Counted from the stretch's first letter, positions 9,784 to 20,516 are shown. The stretch: 64,000 nt of DNA from Acidobacteriota bacterium (GCA_963664705.1 OY761556.1:5888001-5952000); one strand, 5' to 3'. The notes: generated from the sequence alone by a model not told the origin. Numbers and translations: made by a program.

Positions 9784-10106
9784 TGGAAGCTTGGTTTAAT
9801 CCTCAAACTGCACGATGGTTTTCATACCTATCATTGTTTGCCCTGCTTGCCTGCTTATCAGAGTGTGCGAAAAGGGGTCTGTATCGATCCGGCGTACTGA
9901 CTGCTTATTGGGCGGCTTTCGGACTTGGGATTGCATCGTTGTTTGGGGCTGGAGCGGCATTCTTTATGCATCAACCAATCTACGTCGTCTTCTCTTTGGG
10001 ATTTAGCGGCCTTGTGATAACACCTGCAATGGGTGGGGGAATTATTGGAATTACCCGCGAATACCGCAGAACGGAAATGCGACAAAGCATTGCACCGGAT
10101 CTTTGA
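9780..10106 (+). CDS. Small membrane protein (~3 TM)
   Basis: ATGA overlap with the DUF2089 gene; hydrophobic segments. Confidence 0.7.
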   Translation: MMEAWFNPQTARWFSYLSLFALLACLSECAKRGLYRSGVLTAYWAAFGLGIASLFGAGAAFFMHQPIYVVFSLGFSGLVITPAMGGGIIGITREYRRTEMRQSIAPDL

Positions 10107-10138
10107 TTAGGGATTCACTGATACCTTGGGTGATACGA

Positions 10139-10477
10139 TTACACGAATCGGGAAAATCGTTTTGGTTTGAGAACAAAGAGCAGTAGGGCAAGGCAGGCCG
10201 CGGTTATCATTCCGGTGCGCGTGGCCATAAATGCCCCGGCATGCCCAAAGATTGCATTCAGGGCGTTGGACAGCATGATCGAGCCCTTGATCAGTAACGG
10301 AGAGAGCGCCACGCAGCACGCCAATCCGAGCACGAGAAGCAGACTCTGGAGAATAACTTTCAGGAACCGCCGCCGCTGAATGCGTTTTAGAAGGTTGCCT
10401 ATAAACGGCTCCTCCGGCAGGCTTTGATTTCTTTCATGGAACAGGGAATGCAGATTCTTATCCAGTTCATCCTGCAT
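10139..10477 (-). CDS. Putative membrane anti-sigma factor
   Basis: MQDELDKNLHSLF...EPFIGNLLKRI followed by 2 TM; overlaps the 3' end of the ECF sigma gene. Confidence 0.65.
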   Translation of the reverse strand: MQDELDKNLHSLFHERNQSLPEEPFIGNLLKRIQRRRFLKVILQSLLLVLGLACCVALSPLLIKGSIMLSNALNAIFGHAGAFMATRTGMITAACLALLLFVLKPKRFSRFV

Positions 10478-11045
10478 CGCGACACCTACCATCAGCCGTT
10501 CCATAATCGGAAAGCAGGCTTCTCAGTTTTGAGGCTCCCCGGGAAACATTGGTCTTCACGGTTCCCAACGGGAGACCTGTCGCATCGGCAATCTCCGGGT
10601 GCGACATGCCATCATTATACGCCAGCACGATACACAAACGCATGGCCGGAGGCAACTGCGCCAGCGCGGCGTCCAAATCTACCCGTTCGCCGGGAGTATT
10701 CCTGGGCGCCTCCAAATCCGCCGATTCATCCCATTCGGCGATATCAAGCTTGTTGCGCCGGACGTCTTCAAGCCAGACTGACACCATGATTCTATTTAGC
10801 CAGCCGTGAAACGTGGCCGGCGTCCGGAGCTGCCGAAGAGATCTCCAGACCTTCATAAACACCTGCTGGGACAGGTCCTCAGCCAGATCCGGATGATTAC
10901 ACAAACGGCGCATGAAGTTTCTCACGCGGGTTTGGCACCGCCGGACAATTTCCGCAAAAGCCTCGCCATCCCCGGCGCGGGCAAGAGTGATCACAGCAGA
11001 TTCGGCAGCCTGGCGTAATTGGTGTGCCGATAATTCGTGTTTCAC
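10467..11045 (-). CDS. ECF RNA polymerase sigma-70 factor
   Basis: AEDLSQQVFMKVWR (region 2) and SHPEIADATGLPLGTVKTNVSR (region 4). Confidence 0.93.
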   Translation of the reverse strand: MKHELSAHQLRQAAESAVITLARAGDGEAFAEIVRRCQTRVRNFMRRLCNHPDLAEDLSQQVFMKVWRSLRQLRTPATFHGWLNRIMVSVWLEDVRRNKLDIAEWDESADLEAPRNTPGERVDLDAALAQLPPAMRLCIVLAYNDGMSHPEIADATGLPLGTVKTNVSRGASKLRSLLSDYGTADGRCRDAG

Positions 11046-11494
11046 CGATTGCTCTTTTTATCTGTGGCCGCATCTTCCGGCGGCTTGGGCGCAAAACGGG
11101 AGGCGAAAAAGAGGCCTATACCAATCATAATCAATATTGAGGCCGCTATCACAGCGCCCGCTGCGTCCTTGTCTATTTGTCCGCGAAAAAAACGCATCCA
11201 TGCGGCCGCGATTGCCAGCCCGAATGACAAGAATATAATAATAGATCCGAATATCCTCAATGTTCTATAGCCACTGCCGGGCGCCATATGCGAGTTCTCC
11301 TGGAATGCCCCCCAGCCGGATCCGCGAGGCGGATTCAGCAATTTCTCTATCTGCGCCTCATCCAGTTTCTGTTCTTTGGCAATGAGTTGGCGAAGCGTTT
11401 CATGTCGGATGGCTTCGCTGTTTTTCTGTCTCCAGATTCCCGCAACCACACACGCTGCGATAAAAAGCCAGAATGCCGCTGCTCCTAATTCCAT
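11042..11494 (-). CDS. DUF6249-like membrane protein upstream of the ECF sigma
   Basis: TM-RHETLRQLIAK-linker-2TM architecture; GTGA overlap with the sigma gene. Confidence 0.7.
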   Translation of the reverse strand: MELGAAAFWLFIAACVVAGIWRQKNSEAIRHETLRQLIAKEQKLDEAQIEKLLNPPRGSGWGAFQENSHMAPGSGYRTLRIFGSIIIFLSFGLAIAAAWMRFFRGQIDKDAAGAVIAASILIMIGIGLFFASRFAPKPPEDAATDKKSNR

Positions 11495-11531
11495 TTGCAT
11501 TTCCTCCATTGGTATCTGGTTCTATCAATAA

Positions 11532-11559
11532 AGATGCAGCTTTGCTCAAAACAGATGCA
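11532..11559 (-). promoter_or_regulatory. Candidate ECF autoregulatory promoter
   Basis: On the minus strand TGCATCT occurs twice, 21 bp apart, with -35/-10-like spacing before the operon. Confidence 0.35.
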
Positions 11560-11872
11560 CTTACAGTAAAATGGGCTCTCCGTACCTCCGCGATAAACAC
11601 TCAATCGTATCATCAACGAGTGCGGGACAAACGAGTTCATGACCGTGAAGTCGCGAAACCGGACAAGTGCGGCCGACTAGGCCAGTTCCATGCATAAGGA
11701 ACAAGAAACGGCCATCCAGGAAACGTCAAGGTCGGCGGAGATGCAGCATTGAAGGCGGCAATAAGCATTTCGGCGCAAAGTCCGCCAACCGGACAATTGG
11801 ACAAGAACAAGCATGCTTTAAGAAATGCCTAATTCCGTATGCCCTCAACTAAAGATTAGGAATGCCAGAAAA

Positions 11873-12154
11873 TCAAGCTGCTTCGAATTTTTTGACCTGA
11901 AATGATTTTCGTTTAGGCTCGACTTGGGCTAGGTCATACTGCAGCTGCTGAAGAAGCCAACTCTCAGCCGTGGTATTGAAAGCAATCGAGAGCCGGATAG
12001 CCATTTCTGCGCTTATTCCAGAACGTCCATTCAAGATACTCGATAGTGTTTTGCGGCTTACACCGAGTGCATCAGCGGCCTGCGTAACCGTCAGCCCAAG
12101 GGGATCAAGGCATAGCTCGCGCAAAATCTCTCCTGGGTGGGGTGGGTTGTGCAT
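11873..12154 (-). CDS. higA: HigA family antitoxin
   Basis: [13 protein letters not shown]...[18 protein letters not shown]...[10 protein letters not shown]. Confidence 0.92.
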   Translation of the reverse strand: MHNPPHPGEILRELCLDPLGLTVTQAADALGVSRKTLSSILNGRSGISAEMAIRLSIAFNTTAESWLLQQLQYDLAQVEPKRKSFQVKKFEAA

Positions 12155-12167
12155 TTTTAGCGGCGAT

Positions 12168-12449
12168 TTAGTGATAGTCTTCATAATCCACATCCTTGAC
12201 GTCGGGACCGGAAAACTCAAATGTAATGCGCCAGTTTTCGCTCACAATCAGAGACCAGGATCTCTTTCGATCTCCGGTCAATGGATGCAAGCGTAGCCCC
12301 GGCAATGCCACGTCCCGGGGCTCTGTTGCTACATGAAGTCGGCCCAGTATCAATCGCAGTTTTGCGACATGCTTCACCTGAATTCCAGCGGTATTCCCGC
12401 GCGTAAAGAAGCGTTCTAATCCCTTGTGTCGGAAATTCAGGATAGCCAC
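12168..12449 (-). CDS. higB: HigB (RelE/plasmid-killer) toxin
   Basis: [13 protein letters not shown]...LHPLTGDR...[10 protein letters not shown]...VDYEDYH. Confidence 0.92.
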   Translation of the reverse strand: MAILNFRHKGLERFFTRGNTAGIQVKHVAKLRLILGRLHVATEPRDVALPGLRLHPLTGDRKRSWSLIVSENWRITFEFSGPDVKDVDYEDYH

Positions 12450-12455
12450 ATCAAA

Positions 12456-12487
12456 GAGTGTAACACGTAACGTATCGGGTTACACTC
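12456..12487. promoter_or_regulatory. Inverted repeat, candidate HigA operator
   Basis: GAGTGTAAC-N14-GTTACACTC, 6 nt upstream of the higB start. Confidence 0.6.
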
Positions 12488-12809
12488 AGTTGCTGCGCTA
12501 ATTTGTTCGACAAAAGTTGCCAGGTAGCGGACTTACTCAAATCGTGCTTAACATTGTATTTTCAATGGCATACAAAAAACCGCGATATCACGCTCCTCGG
12601 AAACGGCCTTGGGGGAAATTACTCTGGCTTGGCAATTGTGGCGAATTGCATTCTTTGCGGGGAAGCCGATACGGTTGGCTTCTGCGGCGTCATTATGCCA
12701 ATTATCAGGCTACAAAGCGGCAGCGGCAAGCCAAGGAGAGGCCGTTTCAAATTGGCTTGGCGAGAATGAGCCGCGAAACCTGGCCCTATCCAAACATCTT
12801 GAGAAACGT

Positions 12810-13430
12810 TCAAACCATCTCCCGCAGCAGGCGCTCGGCTTTATGCTTGTTGAAAATGCCGCAGTCGCACAGGTCGCAGAGTTTCTCTGCGGCTGCCTCA
12901 TGCGTCATTTTTCCTTTGCCGATCCTTGTTACGAGATCGGCGACCAGGCTGCTGGAAATCATGGCGTGCCCGCACATGGTGGTAATGGCCAGCACCGGTT
13001 CGCTCGGAAGCTTTTCGACTTTACCGTGAATCCCCAACGAGTAATGGACGGTGTGAGGCCTCAATCCGACAGCGGAAGCCGCTTTCGCCAGGTCCTCGCA
13101 GCAGCCGGAAACAGACACTGAAATACCGAGATCCTGTTTCTGCAGCTCGCTTAGACAGGCGGCAAGTTGATCGCGATCGCTGAAAACCGCATGGATAATC
13201 CATGGATTGATGCGCTTGAACTCCGCAATTTGCTTTCTGTGGCGCCCACCTCCGTTCAGCGTCCCGAAATTCGCCAGCCCCGCCTCATATCGTGAAAGAA
13301 TGTCCCAGACTGCCGCCATTCTTTGCCGCACCATTTCTGTCGCCATGCGATCTCTGCCGGCCATTATCAGCATGACAAAGTCATCGCGCAGCTCCCCCTT
13401 GTCTCCTTTGCGGTGCAATGAGTGGGTCAT
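12810..13430 (-). CDS. Cys-containing hypothetical protein (partner of the Fe-S protein)
   Basis: MTHSLHR...GCC...TTMCGHAM...CDLCDCGIFN; starts 1 nt after the upstream stop. Confidence 0.8.
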   Translation of the reverse strand: MTHSLHRKGDKGELRDDFVMLIMAGRDRMATEMVRQRMAAVWDILSRYEAGLANFGTLNGGGRHRKQIAEFKRINPWIIHAVFSDRDQLAACLSELQKQDLGISVSVSGCCEDLAKAASAVGLRPHTVHYSLGIHGKVEKLPSEPVLAITTMCGHAMISSSLVADLVTRIGKGKMTHEAAAEKLCDLCDCGIFNKHKAERLLREMV

Positions 13431-13431
13431 C

Positions 13432-14172
13432 TCAGATTTCTCCTTCCAGCCTTCTTCCAAGTCCCACGTTGACTTTCGCATGGAGACTGACGCGGAACCC
13501 GGCCTCCTCTGCGATGGAGACTGCGGCCGCGCTGGAATCCTCTTCCAGGAGATTCACAACGCTCAGCGAGAAGACTGTATCGATCTTCGAAGCCGCGCGT
13601 TTGATAGCTAGCAAAGCCTCCTTCAGCGAAGAGTTCTCGATGCGGCCGTGAATCATGACGCAAAGAGCCCTTTCACCCAAAACATCATCTCGGATTGTCC
13701 CGGTTTGAATGTCCGTCATAATTGTTGCGACCGAGCTCCCCGGATGCAGTCTTACACCGGCTCCGACCATTGCAATTGCGATGGTCTGAACGTCAAAGAA
13801 TGTCGTGCTAACACCCGGCCGCCCAACCTCCACGATAATTTCAGTGATTCCTCCGGGAATCAGACCGTTGATATCGTTCATCTTGATTTCCGGTGGGGCC
13901 GGCACGCCAGGCCTCGGCGCCGGGTGATAGTACGGATTGCCGAATTGGGCCCGGGCAAGCCTCGTCCATTCGAGTTCGGGCATGAAAATCGCGCTCTTCG
14001 GGCAGACTTCGGACCGCAGGCATGCGCCGCACTCCACGCATTCGGTTTGATTGATTTCGCTCTTGATCCTTCCATCCACCTTCAAGGCATAAATCGCGTT
14101 TTGAGTGCAAACAGGATGGCACGACTTGCAGCCAATACACTTTTCCATGTCGATCTTCACGTCAGTCCTCAC
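13432..14172 (-). CDS. 2x[4Fe-4S] ferredoxin-domain protein
   Basis: CIGCKSCHPVC and CVECGACLRSEVCP, plus an uncharacterised C-terminal domain (EVGRPGV...KVNVGLGR). Confidence 0.85.
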   Translation of the reverse strand: MRTDVKIDMEKCIGCKSCHPVCTQNAIYALKVDGRIKSEINQTECVECGACLRSEVCPKSAIFMPELEWTRLARAQFGNPYYHPAPRPGVPAPPEIKMNDINGLIPGGITEIIVEVGRPGVSTTFFDVQTIAIAMVGAGVRLHPGSSVATIMTDIQTGTIRDDVLGERALCVMIHGRIENSSLKEALLAIKRAASKIDTVFSLSVVNLLEEDSSAAAVSIAEEAGFRVSLHAKVNVGLGRRLEGEI

Positions 14173-14313
14173 ACGTTCACTTTTCGCGTGATTGTTACTG
14201 AAAAGCGATGAAGAAACAACCCCCCAGGAAAATCAGCCGGAGCTTTTCATAGCCCGGGATCGGCCGGTATCTCTTTCTAAGCCGCGTGAAAGTAATGGGA
14301 TTTGTTTGTGTTT

Positions 14314-15102
14314 TTAGCCAAGATCCCTCGGCTCCGGAATTCGCCCGGGATCGAACGTTGCCCTGCGGATAAAAGCATAGGCGAAACCGACAACGCCGTA
14401 GGCCAAAAGAAGTGCGTACATATATTCCGGAAAAATCATGCCAAAGCCACAGACATATCCGCTGAGGACGGCCAGGAATTGGATCAGGTTTAGCAACCTC
14501 GTCTTGCGCTTGACGATCTTGGGAAAATATAGGGGGCTTACCATCAAAATGCCCAGGATGACGAGATTGAGCAGCAATAAATAATAGCCGCCGGCGAACC
14601 GCGCGGCTATGTGGTATTTATCGAAAAGTATGAGGCTGAGGGCTGTGAGCCCTCCAGCGAACGTGGACGGCATCCCCATGAAGACATTGGAGAGCACCTT
14701 GGCGTCCTTGGAGTTGTAACGTGCCAGGCGTATTGCCGTGCAGAGAACATAAATGGTGAGGGAGATGACGAGCAACCCTATGTGGGCGCCGGCCCAAATG
14801 GGTGCCTCATGTCGAAGATAGAAAAACACCAAAAGACAGGGTGCCACACCGAAGGATATGAGGTCTGCGAGGCTGTCGAACTGGGCTCCAAAATCAGAAA
14901 ATGCATGTAGGATCCTGGCCACAATGCCGTCGAGTTTATCCATCAGGTTGCACCAAACGATTATCCAGGCTGCACCCATGAGCGGAGTTTGGCCGAAGAT
15001 GGTCTGTTCGGACGTAGCTGCGATGAGGATGGCATAAATGCCCAGCGTGAAATTGATTCCCGTGAAGAAGTTGGGCAGAAAGAAACGGAACTTATTGGGC
15101 AA
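14314..15102 (-). CDS. pssA: CDP-alcohol phosphatidyltransferase (phosphatidylserine synthase-like)
   Basis: DKLDGIVAR...GAQFDSLAD and IRLARYN. TTG start at 15102 after AGGAGG. Confidence 0.85.
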   Translation of the reverse strand: MPNKFRFFLPNFFTGINFTLGIYAILIAATSEQTIFGQTPLMGAAWIIVWCNLMDKLDGIVARILHAFSDFGAQFDSLADLISFGVAPCLLVFFYLRHEAPIWAGAHIGLLVISLTIYVLCTAIRLARYNSKDAKVLSNVFMGMPSTFAGGLTALSLILFDKYHIAARFAGGYYLLLLNLVILGILMVSPLYFPKIVKRKTRLLNLIQFLAVLSGYVCGFGMIFPEYMYALLLAYGVVGFAYAFIRRATFDPGRIPEPRDLG

Positions 15103-15550
15103 GATGTATGTTCCTCCTAAACCGCATTCCCAAAATTGTATTGCGAGTACCGAGCCAGGGACCGACAACCAGGTTTGTCCGTTTGCCAATAGCCTCCATT
15201 GTACAAGCCGAAACATCCCCGCCCTTCATGAACACCGGCTTCACAACTCCTTGAGACGATGAACGGCTCAATCGGAGCGAGAGTGTTCATGTCGATACAG
15301 ACGTCCTATAATACCCCAACATCTCTCCGGGGCTGCATGATTGGTATGAAATGATTCCGTCATCGAACCGCCGGCGCAAGAGTTTTCCATATCTTCTCCC
15401 CAGGCTGGGGTTGGGAACTGCCCCTCGTAATCCAGAGCATTCCCGGAGCCTTCTCAGGTTGATCGACCGATTGGTTGATGAGCTCTCGTATGGGCTCCGG
15501 GATGGTTTCGGACACAATGCGCTTGACACTCATAGAACAATTCCTTTAAA

Positions 15551-15570
15551 GTAAGTAAGTACTGACTTAC
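15551..15570. promoter_or_regulatory. Candidate TetR operator
   Basis: Near-perfect palindrome GTAAGTAAGTACTGACTTAC abutting the tetR ATG. Confidence 0.6.
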
Positions 15571-15571
15571 A

Positions 15572-16294
15572 ATGATCTCCCAAAAACGAATGAAAACCAA
15601 ACAGAGCCATCCCCCGCAGAACCATTCTAATTCGAATAAACGACTCAAGGCAGGCGAGCGTCGAAGCCAGCTGCTCAGGGTTGCGAAAGAACTTTTTGCC
15701 AGACAGGGATTTGAGAATACGAGTACAAAGTCCATCGCGGCGGCCGCCGGAGTGACTGAAGCCATAATATTCAGGCACTTTGCGTCCAAACAGGAGCTTT
15801 ATGCCAATATTCTTGATCAAAGGGCGGATGAGATAGACATAAAGACCTGGCGCTCTGAGTTGGATCACCTTGCCCAATGCCAGGACGATGAAGCGCTGGT
15901 ACTTTCTGTAGTGAAACGTATACTGGAATCGGACCGCCAGGATCCGCAGTTTCAAAGAATGCTGCTCCAGGCAGCACTGAGTGGGCATCCCTTGCGAGAG
16001 ATCACGCGCCAGCGTCTTTTGCCCCTGTACCGATTCCTTTACCGCTACATCCGAAAACGGCAGAAACAGGGAGCATTTCAGAAATGCAACGCGAAGCTGG
16101 CGGCACAATCAATTGTCGGCATGCCCAGCTATCATGGCCTGGCGCAAATTTTGTTCGGAATTGATTTCCTCGGCATTTCGGAAGATCAGGCTGCACGCGA
16201 TTTTGCTCAGCTCATTCTGGAAGGCTTGCGGGCTCCCGGTGCCTCTTCGCAAAAAAGGGGAGGGAAGCAGGCCGAAGAATCCATGGAGGGATAG
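15572..16294 (+). CDS. TetR/AcrR family regulator
   Basis: AKELFARQGFENTSTKSIAAAAGVTEAIIFRHFASK. Confidence 0.93.
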   Translation: MISQKRMKTKQSHPPQNHSNSNKRLKAGERRSQLLRVAKELFARQGFENTSTKSIAAAAGVTEAIIFRHFASKQELYANILDQRADEIDIKTWRSELDHLAQCQDDEALVLSVVKRILESDRQDPQFQRMLLQAALSGHPLREITRQRLLPLYRFLYRYIRKRQKQGAFQKCNAKLAAQSIVGMPSYHGLAQILFGIDFLGISEDQAARDFAQLILEGLRAPGASSQKRGGKQAEESMEG

Positions 16295-18039
16295 TGAATA
16301 CACGAATTGTATCGATTGCGTGCTTGCTGCTGTATGCATTGACCGCGGTATCGGCCCCGGCGCAGAAGAGCACCCTGTCATCCCGAGCTTCGGCCGCCGA
16401 GCCTGCCGACCTGATTCTACTGAACGGGCAAATCTATACGCCGAATGGATGGGAAGCGGCTCTCGCGATACGCAACGGTGTCATCATTGCGTTGGGAAGC
16501 GAAAGCGCTGTGGCACCGTTCCGGGCTCCAAAGACGCGTGTGATTGATCTGCACGGCGATACGGTCACCCCCGGGCTGCACGATATGCACGTCCACCCTT
16601 CGAGCGGAGGGATTCAGCAATTGACCTGCAATTTCCCGCAGGGAGCATCGCCTCAGCAGGTGCTTGATACTGTAAAGGGATGCGTTGCCAAGCGTGCCAA
16701 AGGAGAATGGATCACGGGCGGGCAGTGGGATACCGCTTCATTCGGCGAAAAAAGGGTGCACAAATCCATGCTGGATAGTGTTTCTCCGGATAATCCCGTA
16801 GTGCTTTCGGATATCAGCATGCACAGCGTATGGGCGAATTCGAGGGCACTTCAGCTTTCGAAAATCACCAGGGAAACGCCGGATCCGCCGGGCGGTATCA
16901 TCGAAAAAGACCAAAAGGGTGAGCCTTCGGGGGTTCTACGCGAATCTGCCGCCGGGATTGTGCGGGCTGCGGTGCCGCCATATACGAAGGAGCAGAATGC
17001 TCAAGCAATGCAGTGGGCGCTTTCCGAAATGCTGTCCTATGGAATTACAGCGTTCACCGATGCGGTCGTTGATGAAAACAACATGAAGGTTTATGCGGAT
17101 CTGGCGGACAAGGGGATTCTGAAACAACGGGTCCGAGGATGTATTCTATGGAGCCCGTCCGATTCGGCAGGCAACCAGAAACTGACGAACGAAGCCATTG
17201 AAAGACGGAACCTGTACGAACGGGCCCGTTTCAAGCCGGATTGCGTCAAAATCATTATCGACGGCGTGCCCACCGCGGGTCACACGGCCGCTATGGTGGA
17301 GCCCTATGCCGACACGGCGAATATGGATTCAGCCCGGGCCAGGGGCATGCTGCTGGTTTCTCCCCAAACGCTCAATGCGGCGGTTGCCGCTTTCGACGCG
17401 CGGGGATTGACGGTGAAGATCCACACAGCGGGAGATGCAGCGGTACGAGCGGGACTTAATGCCATAGAGTTCGCGAGAAAAGCGAACGGATTCAGCGGCA
17501 GTCTGCACAGTGTAGGCCACAACAGTTTTGTCCAGCCGGGCGATCTCGGGCGCGCGAAAGACATTCAGGCGGTGTTCGAGATGTCTCCCTACATCTGGTA
17601 CCCCAACCCGATCATTCCGGATATCGCCAAAGCAGTCGGCCCTGAACGCATGAAACGATGGACTCCCGTCAAAGAGGCAATCGATTCAGGGACTCTTGTC
17701 GTGGCCGGTTCGGACTGGAACGTCGTGCCTTCTGTGAATCCCTGGATTGCGATTGAGACGCTGGTTACAAGACAGATGCCTGGTGGTGGCGGCGAAACTT
17801 TGGCAGAGTCCGAAAAGATCACATTGCAGCAGGCCTTCGATCTTTTCACCGGGAATGCCGCACGGCAAATGGGGACGCGGAACAGGACCGGCAGCATCGA
17901 AAGGGGGCAGGCTGCGGATCTGATCGTGCTGGACCGCAACCCTTTCAAAATTCCAGTCACCCAAATACATCAAACCAAAGTAAAGCTGGTAATGATCAAT
18001 GGCGAAATCGTCCGCGAGGTGCGCGGGAATACTCGCTGA
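16294..18039 (+). CDS. Secreted amidohydrolase (Amidohydro_3, YtcJ-like)
   Basis: Signal peptide; PGLHDMHVH, KIIIDG, HTAGD, GSDW, GQAADLIVLD. Confidence 0.9.
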   Translation: MNTRIVSIACLLLYALTAVSAPAQKSTLSSRASAAEPADLILLNGQIYTPNGWEAALAIRNGVIIALGSESAVAPFRAPKTRVIDLHGDTVTPGLHDMHVHPSSGGIQQLTCNFPQGASPQQVLDTVKGCVAKRAKGEWITGGQWDTASFGEKRVHKSMLDSVSPDNPVVLSDISMHSVWANSRALQLSKITRETPDPPGGIIEKDQKGEPSGVLRESAAGIVRAAVPPYTKEQNAQAMQWALSEMLSYGITAFTDAVVDENNMKVYADLADKGILKQRVRGCILWSPSDSAGNQKLTNEAIERRNLYERARFKPDCVKIIIDGVPTAGHTAAMVEPYADTANMDSARARGMLLVSPQTLNAAVAAFDARGLTVKIHTAGDAAVRAGLNAIEFARKANGFSGSLHSVGHNSFVQPGDLGRAKDIQAVFEMSPYIWYPNPIIPDIAKAVGPERMKRWTPVKEAIDSGTLVVAGSDWNVVPSVNPWIAIETLVTRQMPGGGGETLAESEKITLQQAFDLFTGNAARQMGTRNRTGSIERGQAADLIVLDRNPFKIPVTQIHQTKVKLVMINGEIVREVRGNTR

Positions 18040-18239
18040 TCCTCCAGACTCACTGCAATTCCAGTAACTCGGCGAAAGCTCGTGGAACACCGCAAATTCT
18101 ATTATGTGGATGCAGCCGATGGAGACGTTCGGTGTATTGCTTCAGCGTCTCTTGCCACGATATTGCCATTGTTAATGGGAATGTATTGAGTCGTGATTCG
18201 TCAGATCCCTCTCCGATTGAAATGGCCTGTGGCGGCCGG

Positions 18240-19460
18240 TTATGCGCTTGCTACTGCCTGGCTCTTCTGGGCTTGTAGTTTTGCAATAAGTTTTGCCCTC
18301 AGATTCTGATGAGGTAATTCATACTCACGAATCGCACGCTCAAGCCCGGTTATGCTGGCGATAGCTTTTACATGAGGATCAGACATAGGATCAAACGTAA
18401 TGCTAATCGAATCTTTATAATGGCCACCAATTTCGCGCTGTATGTGGGCAAAATATAGGTTCAGTGTAAGCGGATTAAAATGGGGGAAGTACTCATCAGG
18501 GCGAACAGTTGTCACCATGGTTACCTTGGCGAGATTATCCGACCACTTGGGAAGAGTCCCGTAGCGTGCGCCAGCTCCGATTTCGAGCAGATCATTGATC
18601 TCCGAGCAAGAATATGGAAGTAACTTGCCCAATGGTGCAAGAACATAGGTTTTTTCCGCAACTTCAAGCATTGCACTTTTCGTGTTGAGATGGTCTTCAT
18701 CGCGCGCGAGGATCCCGGCTGTAATACTAATATAGTTGCCCGTCATGATACTCATGGTGCTAATTTCGGCGGAAGGGTTTTCCGCGCGAATAGCTGTCTC
18801 AAATTCCTCTTTGGCGACAAAAAGGTCTTTTTCAGTTTTGTCATTTAGGGAAGCTTCGTATTGGGAATTAGCAAATCCGCTGAGTATTCGACACTGGAAG
18901 AGTGTGCGCGCCACCATAAAATCGCCTATTCGTCCATATCTGATGAGATCTGAAACACCGCGAAGATTGTTTGTAATTATCTTCAAACGACCTGCGTTCT
19001 TTCCATCAAACTGGAAATATGGATGGATGCACAATTGACGGAAAATAGGGTAGATTGTAGATCCGGCATCGAGCACCAAAATAACAAAGAGATTCTTGTT
19101 CTTCTCAATGAGGTCGGCAATGCGAATAACAACTTCCTTTGCGAGGAGCTCTTTTTCAGACGTGAAGTGCGAGCTGCGTCGATCAAACAATGAAACGTCG
19201 GCAGATATAGCTGAGCCAGAGGGCTGATGGTTTGGTATAACCACAAATTGCGGACCAACACTGGAAATTCGTTCCATCAGGCTTTTGCTGAACACCGACA
19301 TGTCTTCCAAAACCTGCTTTTGTCCCTCCCTAATTGTTTTCGAGTCTGCCTCCGTCTCTAGCTTTCTTTTGTTCAACTTAAAAACCATTTTCGATGCAAT
19401 GACGCTGGCAATTGCGGCGCATGCCGACAATATTGCTACGGCAAGAGTTAAGGCGAGCAT
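18240..19460 (-). CDS. Membrane-anchored protein with a DeoR-C/NagB-RpiA-like ligand-binding domain and no HTH
   Basis: N-terminal TM; EKELLAK...LVLDAGSTI...LKIITNNL...TKSAMLEVAEKTYVLAPLGKL follow the DeoR sensor motif order; RBS AGGAG. Confidence 0.7.
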   Translation of the reverse strand: MLALTLAVAILSACAAIASVIASKMVFKLNKRKLETEADSKTIREGQKQVLEDMSVFSKSLMERISSVGPQFVVIPNHQPSGSAISADVSLFDRRSSHFTSEKELLAKEVVIRIADLIEKNKNLFVILVLDAGSTIYPIFRQLCIHPYFQFDGKNAGRLKIITNNLRGVSDLIRYGRIGDFMVARTLFQCRILSGFANSQYEASLNDKTEKDLFVAKEEFETAIRAENPSAEISTMSIMTGNYISITAGILARDEDHLNTKSAMLEVAEKTYVLAPLGKLLPYSCSEINDLLEIGAGARYGTLPKWSDNLAKVTMVTTVRPDEYFPHFNPLTLNLYFAHIQREIGGHYKDSISITFDPMSDPHVKAIASITGLERAIREYELPHQNLRAKLIAKLQAQKSQAVASA

Positions 19461-19685
19461 GTTATTCTCCTATATTCTTCATAGCATTGGGTTTGTTAAC
19501 ATCGCCTCCAAACGCACCTTGGTTTGAATATTCGGATGCAGCTTTTGAATCGGCCACACCTAGCGGTGGCTCCGGTTGTTTGGACAGCTTCCCAAAGGAA
19601 TTAAGTGTAATCTTGCGCAGTTAAAATGTCGGGCGCGTACCCGGAAGCCGAAGGCTGGAGGCACAGCGCCCGACTCAGCCATGAC

Positions 19686-20516
19686 TTACGCCGCCTGCTT
19701 TTCTTCGCGGACGGTTTCAAAATAAACCGCATCAGGAGTCTTGCCGTCAAGTGATTGATGCGGTCGTTTGCCGTTATAAAACTCCAGATACACCTTCAAA
19801 CGTTCTTTGGCTTCATTCATCGAGCTGTAAGCATAAAGATATACGTGCTCATATTTGACGGTCCGCCAGAGGCGTTCAACGAAAACGTTATCGCGCCAAC
19901 AGCCTTTGCCATCCATGCTGATTTGAATTCCATTCGCTTTGAGAAAGCCTGTGAACTCGACACTGGTGAACTGGCAGCCCTGGTCCGTGTTGAAGATATC
20001 AGGACAGCCATAATTCGCTATAGCCTCCTCCAGTGCTTCTATACAGAAGTCCGTCGTAAGCGTGTTGGAAAGTCGCCAGGAAAGAACGCGGCGGGAGTAC
20101 CAGTCCTGGACGACAAACAGATAAACAAAGCCTCGACGCATCGGAATATACGTGATGTCTGCCGACCAAGCTTGATCGGGTCGAACAACCTTCAAATCCC
20201 GCAGGAGATAGGGATAGATATGGTGCCCGGCCTGCCTACGGCTTGTATTGGGTTTTCGATACAAAACATCGATCCCCATTTTTCTCATCAACGTTCGGAC
20301 ATGCCGACGGCCGACCTTGTAGCTGTCCTGCCTCAATAAATCTCGCATCATCCGGCTCCCGGCAAAAGGCCATTGAAGATGCAGCTCGTCGATTCGCTTC
20401 ATCAGCTCAAGGTCTGACTGGGGAACCTCTACGGGTCTGTAGTAGGCCGTTGATCGCGGCAGTTTCAGCAACGTGCATTGTCGTTTTATGGAGATCTTGG
20501 CCTTGCGGTCGATCAT
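19686..20516 (-). CDS. IS3 transposase OrfB
   Basis: Same translation as 4063..4893. Confidence 0.96.
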   Translation of the reverse strand: MIDRKAKISIKRQCTLLKLPRSTAYYRPVEVPQSDLELMKRIDELHLQWPFAGSRMMRDLLRQDSYKVGRRHVRTLMRKMGIDVLYRKPNTSRRQAGHHIYPYLLRDLKVVRPDQAWSADITYIPMRRGFVYLFVVQDWYSRRVLSWRLSNTLTTDFCIEALEEAIANYGCPDIFNTDQGCQFTSVEFTGFLKANGIQISMDGKGCWRDNVFVERLWRTVKYEHVYLYAYSSMNEAKERLKVYLEFYNGKRPHQSLDGKTPDAVYFETVREEKQAA

